Shown one piece after another: positions 15,825 to 23,845 of a DNA stretch of 24,000 nucleotides. The stretch covers positions 17,946 through 41,945 of the forward strand of contig CAKZUF010000007.1 of the NCBI GenBank assembly GCA_937921685.1, given 5' to 3'. The first letter of the stretch is position 1. Every line of letters begins with the position of its first letter. The notes beneath the pieces were generated by a model, which had not been told where the DNA came from, did no database searches, and worked only from the letters and a program-made list of their open reading frames with translations. Made by a program: the position numbers and the translations under genes. The DNA comes from an uncultured archaeon (GTDB lineage Archaea; Thermoproteota; Nitrososphaeria_A; Caldarchaeales; Calditenuaceae).

Positions 15825-15966
15825 TCCGCCTAGTGGCGGAGTCGCAGCCCTAACTGGCAGGGGTAGGGCGCGCCATCAAGATCATGGCCAATAGCCCACC
15901 GGACAGCTGTATTCTTTCTTTCAGGGCGGGGTGTGAAAACTCTTAAAAGCGTGTTCCGACAAACGA

Positions 15967-15975
15967 GTTATATGA
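15967..15975 (+). promoter_or_regulatory. TATA-like box (GTTATATGA) for nrdJ
   Basis: Its centre lies about 22-40 nt upstream of the three candidate nrdJ starts (15993, 16005, 16011). Confidence 0.4.
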
Positions 15976-15992
15976 GGCCCCCGTAGTGGGCC

Positions 15993-18668
15993 TTGCTCGG
16001 TGGCTTGGGAGTGGGTATAAAACTTGAAGGGTATCCGGTCAAGAAGATCGTTAAGAGGGATGGCCGCGTAGTGGATTTTGACCATCGCCGCATCCGCGAG
16101 GCCATTAAGAAGGCGATGATCGCGGTGGACAAGTTTGATGAATCTCTCCTCGACCAAGTGGTCGAATATGTCCTTCAAGTCATAGCGGAGAAGTACGGGG
16201 CAGAGCGGACTCCGCATGTGGAGGATGTTCAAGACATAGTCGAGCTCGCCCTAGTTAGGTTTGACCTATACGAGGTGGCGAAGTCCTACATCCTGTATAG
16301 GAAGCAGAGGGAGCGTATCAGGAAGGAGAAGATGCTTATCCTTGAAACTGACTATCTCGACGAAGTTGATAAGAGGTTCTCGGTAAACGCTCTAAGACTC
16401 ATGGCGAGTAGATACCTCCTCAAGAATGAGGAGGGGAAGCTTGCTGAGCGGCCTAAACAACTTTTTCAAAGGGTTGCCGCTCTAGTAGTGATTCCCGACA
16501 TACTCTATGACCCGCTAATCTTCGACAAGGAGGCTAAACAGGAGGTGCATCCCCTAGAATCCTTCAATCCGGAATTATGGGCTGGGAAGATCGGTCTCGG
16601 CAAGAATGGTGGGGGATACCAAGTCTATTGGAATAGATGGCACCTTGAGAGGATGAAAAAGCTCTACGACAGCCTCAACGCGCAGGGCATGATGAAGTAC
16701 CCGTGGAGCGTCTTCTGGGAGATGCTTCTCTCAGGCGCCTTCGACCATCACTACAACGACTACCTCAGCTACTATAACCTCATGGTCGAGAAGAAGTTCA
16801 TGCCTAACAGCCCGACCCTCTTCAACGCGGGGGCTAGGCTGGGCCAGCTCTCAGCCTGCTTCGTCCTACCTATTGAGGACAATATTGAATCGATCATGAG
16901 GGCGGCGACGGAGGCTGCCATCATCTTCAAGAGTGGAGGAGGAATAGGGATAAACTACTCCAAGCTGAGGCCTGAGGGCGATGTTGTCTTCTCCACCTCC
17001 GGAGTCGCTTCCGGCCCAGTAACCTTCATGCGGATAATAGACACTGTAACCGAGGTTGTGAAGCAAGGTGGGAAGAGGAGGGGCGCCAACATGGGTATTC
17101 TGGAGGTGTGGCATCCGGACATAGAGAAGTTTATCCGTGCAAAGGAGAAGGAAGGGTTCTTGGAGAACTTCAACATAAGCGTGCTCATAGACGACAAGTT
17201 TATGAAGTGTCTCGAAAACGACACCCCCTATGAGCTCAGAAACCCGCGAGACGGCAAGGTTTGGGGGACAAAGAGCCCTTCGCACCTCTTCAACCTCATA
17301 GCTGAAATGGCGTGGAAGACCGCCGACCCCGGAGTCCTATTCCTCGAGAACATCAATAGAAGAAACCCTCTGCGGAAGGCACTCGGCAACATAACTTCCA
17401 CTAACCCCTGCGGAGAGGAGCCACTCTACGAGTACGAGTCCTGCAACCTAGGCTCCATTAACCTATACGCATTCGTGAGGACCACTGAGAAGGGGAAAGA
17501 AGTTGACTGGGATGGGCTGCGGGAAGCCGTGAAAATCGCATACAGGTTCTTAGACAATGTAATAGACGTGAACAATTATCCACTCCAGAGCATAGACGAG
17601 ATGTCAAAGAAGACTCGGAGAATCGGCCTCGGATTTATGGGGCTTGCAGACCTCCTCTTCGCCCTGCGGATTCCATATCACAGTGAGGAGGGCTTCAGCC
17701 TCATGCAGAGAATAACGGAGTTCATAGCATACCACGCTTACAGTGAGAGTATTGAGCGGGCTAAGGTGAGGGGTGTCTTCCCGCTCTACTGGAGTAGCGA
17801 TTACGTCAATGGGCAGCTCCCAATGGAGGGCTTCTACAATAGGGAGCTCTGGACAATGGATTGGGACAAAATCGCTGAGGATGTAAAGCGCTATGGAATC
17901 CGCAACAGCCATCTCATGTCTATCGCGCCTACTGGAAGTATCTCCATGCTAGTGGACGCGAGCTCGGGGTTGGAGCCTGTTTTCGCACTCCTATACGAGA
18001 AGCACGTGACGGTGGGCGTATTCCACTACATAGATCCCGAGTTTGAGAATTATTTGAAGGAGGCGGGGCTCTATAACGAGCAGATCTTCAAGATGGTTGC
18101 TGACAACGGCGGCTCAATACAGGGCCTAGACGTCTTTCCCGAGGAGGCTAGGAGGGTCTTCGTGGTTGCGTATGACGTTCCGTGGTGGGATCATGTGAGG
18201 GCCCAGTATCATGTGGGCCTCTGGGTGGACGCGGCTGTCAGCAAGACGATTAACATGCCCAGCTGGGTTACTGTCGAGGATGTCAAGAACGCGTATCTCT
18301 TCGCCTATAAACTCGGGCTAAAGGGCATTACGATCTACCGTGACCTCTCCAAGTCTACTCAGGTCTTGGTGACTCCTAGCCAGAGGGAGTCGAGATACGT
18401 TACATCAGTGGAGAACAACACGCTAAACATTATGAGGGGGTTAGGCATAGAAATCAAGGTTCCGCCGTCTGAGAAGGTTAGAAGGAAGGCCATGCCTCTC
18501 CAAGTATCGTCAGCGCAGTCGCGAGAGGAGCCTCTCTTAAGTATCGAGACTGGGGGTGTTGAAGAAAAGTACGATGTTTGTCCCGAGTGCAAGGGGAGGA
18601 ACTTGGTGTGGCAGGAGGGTTGTGTGAAATGTATTGACTGCGGCTGGACTAGCTGCGTGATTTCCTAA
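15993..18668 (+). CDS. nrdJ: adenosylcobalamin-dependent (class II) ribonucleotide reductase with N-terminal ATP-cone and C-terminal Cys-rich tail
   Basis: 891-aa ORF. ATP-cone: KIVKRDGRVVDFDHRRIREAIKKA. Core motifs: PNSPTLFNAG, LSACFVL, TNPCGEEPLYEYESCNLGSINL (thiyl-radical and redox Cys), SIAPTGSIS, VSKTINMP. Tail: CPECKG...CVKCIDCGWTSC. An in-frame stop lies at 15984, so the start must be TTG 15993, TTG 16005 or GTG 16011. No intein-sized insertion. Confidence 0.9.
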   Translation: MLGGLGVGIKLEGYPVKKIVKRDGRVVDFDHRRIREAIKKAMIAVDKFDESLLDQVVEYVLQVIAEKYGAERTPHVEDVQDIVELALVRFDLYEVAKSYILYRKQRERIRKEKMLILETDYLDEVDKRFSVNALRLMASRYLLKNEEGKLAERPKQLFQRVAALVVIPDILYDPLIFDKEAKQEVHPLESFNPELWAGKIGLGKNGGGYQVYWNRWHLERMKKLYDSLNAQGMMKYPWSVFWEMLLSGAFDHHYNDYLSYYNLMVEKKFMPNSPTLFNAGARLGQLSACFVLPIEDNIESIMRAATEAAIIFKSGGGIGINYSKLRPEGDVVFSTSGVASGPVTFMRIIDTVTEVVKQGGKRRGANMGILEVWHPDIEKFIRAKEKEGFLENFNISVLIDDKFMKCLENDTPYELRNPRDGKVWGTKSPSHLFNLIAEMAWKTADPGVLFLENINRRNPLRKALGNITSTNPCGEEPLYEYESCNLGSINLYAFVRTTEKGKEVDWDGLREAVKIAYRFLDNVIDVNNYPLQSIDEMSKKTRRIGLGFMGLADLLFALRIPYHSEEGFSLMQRITEFIAYHAYSESIERAKVRGVFPLYWSSDYVNGQLPMEGFYNRELWTMDWDKIAEDVKRYGIRNSHLMSIAPTGSISMLVDASSGLEPVFALLYEKHVTVGVFHYIDPEFENYLKEAGLYNEQIFKMVADNGGSIQGLDVFPEEARRVFVVAYDVPWWDHVRAQYHVGLWVDAAVSKTINMPSWVTVEDVKNAYLFAYKLGLKGITIYRDLSKSTQVLVTPSQRESRYVTSVENNTLNIMRGLGIEIKVPPSEKVRRKAMPLQVSSAQSREEPLLSIETGGVEEKYDVCPECKGRNLVWQEGCVKCIDCGWTSCVIS

Positions 18669-18690
18669 GCATTCTCGGGCTCGGAATAGG

Positions 18691-18698
18691 TATTTTAT
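18691..18698 (+). promoter_or_regulatory. TATA-like box (TATTTTAT) for the epimerase gene
   Basis: It lies about 25 nt upstream of TTG 18719 / GTG 18722, in the 50-bp spacer after nrdJ. Confidence 0.4.
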
Positions 18699-18718
18699 CA
18701 AGAATCTGTCTCAGGTCT

Positions 18719-19627
18719 TTGGTGGTCCAAGTACTTATCACTGGTTCTCAGGGATTCATTGGCAGAAGTCTGCGGGATTATCTTGAGAGAGAAGGGTACT
18801 CGGTTTTAGGACTGGATGTCTGCGAGGGGGCGGAGATAAAGGCCAGTATCCTCTCGCTGGATGAGCTGTCATCATCCCTCCGAGACCATAGGCCGAGCCA
18901 TATCGTCCATCTGGCAGCAATATCTAACCCCCCTGCGTGTAGGGCGGACCCGCACAAATGTCTGAACACAAATGTCCTCGGCACAGTGAATATGCTTGAA
19001 GTGGCCCGTAAACTGGATGTAGATAGGTTTGTGTATCTCTCTTCAGCTAATGTTTATGGCCCACGCCCTCCCCTCCCTGTCGTTGAGGAGACCCCCCTCT
19101 CACCACGCACCCTATACGACTACTCCAAAGTCATGGCGGAAAAATGTGTCGAGGCTTATAGACTCATATACAGTGTTCCGACGGTTATTTTCAGGTCTTG
19201 GAAGGTCTTCGGAGAATATGACTCGCCTCAGAGCGCGATCTCTCGGTTTATAGACGCTTGCCTAAGGGGCGGTGAAATAACACTATACAACGGTGGCAGG
19301 GACGTTACTGATCCTTACCACGTGGATAACCTGTGCTATGCGATTAAGCTGGCTTTGAGGAGTGAGAAGGCTGTCGGGGAGGTCTTCAACGTGGGGACAG
19401 GAAATGCCGTCTCGATAAGGGAGCTTGCAGAGCTGATAAGGCGGCTGACTTCCTCGAACGCCACCATAAGGGATGCGCCGCCGCGAAGTGCGGAGGAGGC
19501 GGAGCCCATGATTAGCTATCCGTCAATAGAAAAGATCGGTAGGCTGCTTGGCTACAGGCCGGTCGTAGGCCTTGAGGAGGGCCTCATGAGACAGATCAGA
19601 CACCGTCGACGAGTCCTCGGCTTGTAA
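18719..19627 (+). CDS. NAD-dependent epimerase/dehydratase (extended SDR, UDP-sugar 4-epimerase-like)
   Basis: 302-aa ORF with VLITGSQGFIGRSL (GxxGxxG), HLAA, SSANVYG and YDYSKVMAE (YxxxK). Starts at TTG 18719 or GTG 18722, with a TATA-like box at 18691..18698. Confidence 0.85.
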   Translation: MVVQVLITGSQGFIGRSLRDYLEREGYSVLGLDVCEGAEIKASILSLDELSSSLRDHRPSHIVHLAAISNPPACRADPHKCLNTNVLGTVNMLEVARKLDVDRFVYLSSANVYGPRPPLPVVEETPLSPRTLYDYSKVMAEKCVEAYRLIYSVPTVIFRSWKVFGEYDSPQSAISRFIDACLRGGEITLYNGGRDVTDPYHVDNLCYAIKLALRSEKAVGEVFNVGTGNAVSIRELAELIRRLTSSNATIRDAPPRSAEEAEPMISYPSIEKIGRLLGYRPVVGLEEGLMRQIRHRRRVLGL

Positions 19628-20789
19628 AAAACTTCTGAGCCCTCTCCCTCAATGCATTATACTCACCAACCCCGCGGTCTACGTATGCCCTGACGATATA
19701 GATTGGCTTAGCCGTCATCTCTAAAATCCAAGATCTAGCCTCGCGCCGCTCATGGCTTCCACTCACCCTAATCGTCAGCTCCGTAGGACCGTACTTTGTG
19801 AGAGGAGGTATGACTGACGAGTCGATGTAGACATTCCCTACGGGCAGGTGTAGGGTTTCTGCAAGCTCCGCTTCAAGTCTTCTTCTCTCTTCACTAGACC
19901 AGGAAGATGGGCGTGCGCCCTCGGACCTCCCCTCAAATATCATCTTAGGAAGAATCCTCCTTGAAAGTGCGTCCATTCTGCTCCTAGATTTTGGGTTGTT
20001 TTTGAGCATGCACCAGACAGCGAAGTCGTCTAGGTTTAGGTAGTCTTCGATCGGCAGCTCGGCTATTCCCGTCAGTTCTCCACCGTATTCTTCCGCAGCC
20101 CTGAGGAGCTGGAGCTGGGCAGCCCGGACTGCGTGGTGGAAGTATATGTTGAGGAAGGAGTGGAGCCTTGCTACTGCAAGCTCCTCCAACACTCCCCGCC
20201 CCCTCTCATCGATGCAAAGCTCACCATTCTCGATCCTTGTCAGATATATGAGGCGTCTCACATCAATCACTCCGTAAGTTGCTCCTGTGAAGTATGAGTC
20301 TCTTAAGAGAAAATCTAGTCTGTCTACGTCTATCGGCCCTGATACCAGCTTGCTCAACCTATGCCTCCCCTCCAGAAGTCTTATGAGCTCGCCTACGTCT
20401 ACACCAGATTCCTCAATGGCGAGTCTCAGCTCGTCGCTGTCCGCGATTATTCTCCTGCCTATCTCCTCGTGGGTAGAGCCCTTCTCGATGAGGAACTCTT
20501 CAAACAAGTGTGAAAAAGGGGTGTGTCCTATGTCGTGTAGGAGAGCTGCTGTCTTAAAGACCCGTGCATCATCATCCCGTAGACCTAAACTCTTTGAAAA
20601 CTCTTCTGCCAAGACCATCGAGCCTAAGGAGTGGTCGAACCGCGTGTGGCGCGCCCCGGGGTATACAAGATATGCCAAGGGGAGTTGCCCTATCCTCCTC
20701 AGCCTCTGAACCGCAAACGTGTCCACGATTCTCAGCTCCCAGTCTGAGAGTGTGATATAGCCGTGGACCGGGTCCTTAATCAGCTTCAA
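19596..20789 (-). CDS. HD-domain metal-dependent phosphohydrolase, SAMHD1/COG1078-like (possible dNTP triphosphohydrolase)
   Basis: 397-aa ORF with KDPVHGYITL, FAVQRLRRIGQL, YPGARHTRFDHSLGS and LLHDIGHTPFSH (HD motif). TTG start at 20789. The 3' end overlaps the convergent epimerase gene by 32 nt. Confidence 0.8.
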   Translation of the reverse strand: MKLIKDPVHGYITLSDWELRIVDTFAVQRLRRIGQLPLAYLVYPGARHTRFDHSLGSMVLAEEFSKSLGLRDDDARVFKTAALLHDIGHTPFSHLFEEFLIEKGSTHEEIGRRIIADSDELRLAIEESGVDVGELIRLLEGRHRLSKLVSGPIDVDRLDFLLRDSYFTGATYGVIDVRRLIYLTRIENGELCIDERGRGVLEELAVARLHSFLNIYFHHAVRAAQLQLLRAAEEYGGELTGIAELPIEDYLNLDDFAVWCMLKNNPKSRSRMDALSRRILPKMIFEGRSEGARPSSWSSEERRRLEAELAETLHLPVGNVYIDSSVIPPLTKYGPTELTIRVSGSHERREARSWILEMTAKPIYIVRAYVDRGVGEYNALRERAQKFFTSRGLVDGV

Positions 20790-20814
20790 AACCGCTACAA
20801 CCCACTTCTATCCG

Positions 20815-20828
20815 CCAATATATCATGA
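20815..20828 (-). promoter_or_regulatory. TATA-like box for the HD-domain gene
   Basis: The minus strand reads TCATGATATATTGG. Its centre lies about 32 nt upstream of TTG 20789. Confidence 0.4.
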
Positions 20829-20840
20829 TTTCCTACATCT

Positions 20841-21704
20841 TTATTTGTACGCCCCTAAAAGGAACCCCACCAAGCCTATGAGCATCCAAAACAGATACTC
20901 TGTCTTAGTCTTTCTACTGATCTCGGGGTTCCGCAGTAATTTAATGCTGGAGTATGTGAATCCTGCGTCGGCGATTGCGACTGGTGGTATGTAGAGCGGG
21001 CTCATGGCTCCGATGGCTACAGGTAGTGGGCTTAGAGCAACTGCTGTGAAGACGAGACCTGCGCCGAGTCTCGCTGCAGCCTTCTTCCCGTGCGTAATTG
21101 CGTAGGTCTTGACTCCGCGACTTCTATCACCCTCCACGTCGGAGATCCCCTTTATAACCTCCCTCCCCATGCCAGCGAGGAATGACATAGAGGATATGAT
21201 GGCAACCGGTATTCCGACCGTTCCTTCAGCAAGTATTGCGCCGTAGATGTAGGGGGCTGATATTGTCGCGCTTACCGCTGCGTTACCGACCAGCCCCGTC
21301 CTCTTTAGATAAGTATTGTAGGAGAGTGCGAGGGCGTAGAATATTGCTGCCACCGCCAGCGTATTAAGCCCCAATATAGCAGAAGACATTAACCCGGCAA
21401 GTCCGAGAAAGATTGATAACGGAACTGCCTCGGAGACTCTGACAAGGCCTGAGGGGATGGGGCGTCTGGGGTTGTTTACCGCGTCTATCTCCCTGTCTAT
21501 GACATCGTTCACAACCATGGATGAAGCAGATAAAGAGTAGGCGGTAACGGCTGCTAAAAAGGCCTCAAAAGGTGCGGGGATTCTGCCGCTCTGGACAAAA
21601 TATCCGACATAGACTGCGAAGACCATCATTAAGCCGTTCGGGGGGCGGGTTATCTCGATGAATCCCTTAGCCCTCAGAGATTTGAGAGGTTCGTTTCTGT
21701 GCAT
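20841..21704 (-). CDS. UbiA-family prenyltransferase, most likely digeranylgeranylglyceryl phosphate (DGGGP) synthase
   Basis: 287-aa polytopic membrane protein with ITRPPNG, the Asp-rich motif NDVIDREIDAVNNPRRPIPSG and a second motif KGISDVEGDR. Size and motifs fit the archaeal lipid DGGGP synthase. Confidence 0.78.
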   Translation of the reverse strand: MHRNEPLKSLRAKGFIEITRPPNGLMMVFAVYVGYFVQSGRIPAPFEAFLAAVTAYSLSASSMVVNDVIDREIDAVNNPRRPIPSGLVRVSEAVPLSIFLGLAGLMSSAILGLNTLAVAAIFYALALSYNTYLKRTGLVGNAAVSATISAPYIYGAILAEGTVGIPVAIISSMSFLAGMGREVIKGISDVEGDRSRGVKTYAITHGKKAAARLGAGLVFTAVALSPLPVAIGAMSPLYIPPVAIADAGFTYSSIKLLRNPEISRKTKTEYLFWMLIGLVGFLLGAYK

Positions 21705-22213
21705 GAGTAGTAGATCACCTCTCCCCTCCGTTCCAAGACTGCGATAATTAGGATCTTCCCCTTCTTCATAACCTGCTTTGATGCCTTGAGGAGTTCCTCA
21801 ACCCTGAGTGTTGAGCCTTCGGGGAAAGGGAAAATGAGATATTTTGAGGTTTCTCTGTTGGAGGGCTCGTAGAGCCTATAGGTCAGCATACCACCAAACC
21901 CCATCTTCACCATCCTCCCACTGCTTCTCAGGTCTCGGTATACTATGTATCTGGGCCAGAAGTTGGGCTTCTCTCTAGAGAGCTGGTCGAGGTAGGTCTT
22001 GAAGTCTAGAGGGTTGCCCTCCCTATCTGTGAGGCTAAGCGCCCTCCTCTCGAGAAGGTAGAGCACCTCCTCGGGCCAAAGCATCAGCTGGCCCTCAGAG
22101 AGTTCCCCAAAACCCCGCGCCAATAGGCCCTCAATATCTCCCTCAACCACCCTGCATCTGTAGTCCTCAGCCAAGACAGCTTTTAGCCCCGTCCTCTCCA
22201 ACCCACTGCCCAA
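21674..22213 (-). CDS. endA: tRNA-splicing endonuclease family subunit, probably the non-catalytic (structural/beta) subunit of a heteromeric enzyme
   Basis: The 179-aa ORF aligns by eye with M. jannaschii EndA (YIVYRDLRSSGRMVK, YRLYE, YLIFPFPEGS, KILIIAVLERRGEVIYY). The position aligned to the catalytic His (KEHSV) reads RETSK, and the KYGADF motif is degenerate (GFGGMLTY). TTG start. The 3' end overlaps the UbiA gene by 31 nt. Confidence 0.72.
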   Translation of the reverse strand: MGSGLERTGLKAVLAEDYRCRVVEGDIEGLLARGFGELSEGQLMLWPEEVLYLLERRALSLTDREGNPLDFKTYLDQLSREKPNFWPRYIVYRDLRSSGRMVKMGFGGMLTYRLYEPSNRETSKYLIFPFPEGSTLRVEELLKASKQVMKKGKILIIAVLERRGEVIYYSCTETNLSNL

Positions 22214-22227
22214 TAATGCGTGAGTCA

Positions 22228-22256
22228 GGTAAAAACATGTATCGAATAAACTATGT
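22228..22256. promoter_or_regulatory. AT-rich divergent promoter region between the endA-family gene and pheS
   Basis: GGTAAAAACATGTATCGAATAAACTATGT holds the only AT-rich blocks in the 73-bp spacer. They lie 20-40 nt from TTG 22213 (minus strand) and ATG 22287 (plus strand). Confidence 0.3.
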
Positions 22257-22286
22257 TAAGAGGCTGAGACGTGTGTTGTTGGTTTC

Positions 22287-23843
22287 ATGTCGGAGCAGGA
22301 TAGGGAGGAGTTGGAGCTGCACCCCTTGGAGAGGCGTGTACTGAGCCTTATCCTCTCTGAGGGGCCTCTTGGTTTCGACGAGGTGGCTGCGAAGCTTTCC
22401 GTTAATGTGGGTGCTGTGGCAAAGGCTGCCGAGTGGCTAGCTAGCAAGGGTCTTGCAGAGCCCTCTAAGGCCTCTGTGACACATGTAATGACTCTTGGAG
22501 AGGAAGGGCTCGTATACGTTGAGAAGGGTCTTCCTGAGAGGAGGCTTGTCGAGGCTCTCAGATCTATGGGGGGTGAGGCAACGCTAAGCCAGATCGAGTC
22601 TGCAGGCATCCTCGGCAAAGACGAGCTTAACATCGGCATAATATGGGCTAAGAAGAACGGCTGGATAACGGTCTCTAAATCTGGCGGCGACGTCAGGCTC
22701 AGGATTGAAAGGTATCCAGACTCTAAGTCCGATGACGAGCTAGTTCTCGAGATCTTGAAGAGGGGGTCGGCGAGGCTCGAGGATATGGGCCCACTCCAGC
22801 CTGCGTGTGAGAGGCTAAGCCGCAGGCCCCGCGTGTTGAGGGTCAGCGAGGTGGCTAGATATGTTCTTACACCTACTAAGAAGGCTCTAAGCCTTCCACC
22901 CGAGGTGCTTGCGGAGAAGGAAGAGATTACTCAGTTGACCCCGGAATTGCTCATCAGCGGGGCGTGGAGAGAGAAGAGGTTTAGAAGGTATGACGTGTAT
23001 GCTCCCGTTAAGCCGGTACAGGCGGCGAGACCGCACCCACTAACACACCTCATCCAGCTAATCAAGTCCATCTTCGTGGAGCTAGGGTTCGAGGAGATAC
23101 AGGGGCCCCTAGTCGAGCTCGCCTTCTGGAACTTCGACGCTCTATTCCAGCCGCAGGACCACCCTGCGAGGGAGATGCACGACACCTTCTACCTCTCAAG
23201 CCCCGCCACTGGTGAGCCGCCAAGAGAGCTCTCAGCCAAGGTCGGGAAGGTCCATCGCGATGGTGGGGGAACAGGTTCTAGGGGCTGGGGGTATGAGTGG
23301 AGTGTTGAAGAGGCTTCACGCCTAGTTCTGAGAACACATACTACAGCAACCACTATAAGGCATCTCGCACAGTCCTCGAAGAGGCCCCTGAAAGTCTTCA
23401 CAATAGATAGGGTATACCGTAACGAGAGGGTTGACTGGCGGAGGCTGGCTGAGTTCCACCAAGTAGAAGGCATACTCGTCGATAGAAACGCAAACCTAAG
23501 ACAGCTGATGGGGATAATAAAGGAGTTCTACGCACGGATGGGGCTTAGAAAGGTCAGATTCAGGCCCAGCTACTTCCCTTACACAGAACCCTCGGCAGAA
23601 GTGGATGTCTATGTTGAAAAGAAGGGTAGCTGGGTTGAGCTAGGCGGCATGGGCATCTTCAGGCCTGAAGTAACTTTGCCGCTTGGGGTTAGGGAGCCGG
23701 TCCTTGCTTGGGGGCTGGGGCTCGAACGCCTCGCCCTCCTACTGCTCGACGTGAACGACGCGCGAACCCTCTATCAGAATGACCTCAGGTGGCTTCTCAG
23801 CTTCAACCCCCTTAGGCTAGAGAGGGTTAGGGTGAGCGGCTAG
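22287..23843 (+). CDS. pheS: phenylalanine--tRNA ligase alpha subunit (archaeal/eukaryal type)
   Basis: 518-aa ORF with an N-terminal winged-helix repeat region. Class II motifs: FQPQDHPAREMHDTFY, LRTHTTATT, FRPSYFPYTEPSAEV, AWGLGLERLALL. Confidence 0.95.
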   Translation: MSEQDREELELHPLERRVLSLILSEGPLGFDEVAAKLSVNVGAVAKAAEWLASKGLAEPSKASVTHVMTLGEEGLVYVEKGLPERRLVEALRSMGGEATLSQIESAGILGKDELNIGIIWAKKNGWITVSKSGGDVRLRIERYPDSKSDDELVLEILKRGSARLEDMGPLQPACERLSRRPRVLRVSEVARYVLTPTKKALSLPPEVLAEKEEITQLTPELLISGAWREKRFRRYDVYAPVKPVQAARPHPLTHLIQLIKSIFVELGFEEIQGPLVELAFWNFDALFQPQDHPAREMHDTFYLSSPATGEPPRELSAKVGKVHRDGGGTGSRGWGYEWSVEEASRLVLRTHTTATTIRHLAQSSKRPLKVFTIDRVYRNERVDWRRLAEFHQVEGILVDRNANLRQLMGIIKEFYARMGLRKVRFRPSYFPYTEPSAEVDVYVEKKGSWVELGGMGIFRPEVTLPLGVREPVLAWGLGLERLALLLLDVNDARTLYQNDLRWLLSFNPLRLERVRVSG

Positions 23844-23845
23844 TT

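Noticed and set aside
15785-15992. A cobalamin riboswitch upstream of the B12-dependent nrdJ, or a T-box-like leader upstream of tyrS. The minus strand contains GCCACTA / GCCCACTA, GGUGGG and Tyr codons UAU/UAC in unpaired stretches.
   Set aside because: The matches are short fragments of the consensus only (the B12 box is GCCACTG in a much larger conserved core). The B12-like strings are on the wrong strand for nrdJ. B12 riboswitches normally control B12-independent isozymes or transport. T-boxes are not known in archaea, and a well-placed TATA box predicts a leaderless tyrS.
15921-16232. A 103-aa minus-strand ORF reaching from the nrdJ ATP-cone region into the tyrS/nrdJ spacer.
   Set aside because: It is antisense to the well-supported nrdJ N-terminus, has no recognisable motifs, and has no promoter-like element upstream of its start. 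It is treated as spurious.
15993-18668. A possible intein or other insertion in nrdJ, since archaeal RNRs often carry inteins.
   Set aside because: The catalytic motifs are contiguous and the length (891 aa) fits an ATP-cone plus core plus Cys-rich tail. No Cys/Ser...HN-Cys/Ser/Thr splice-junction block or homing-endonuclease motifs were seen.
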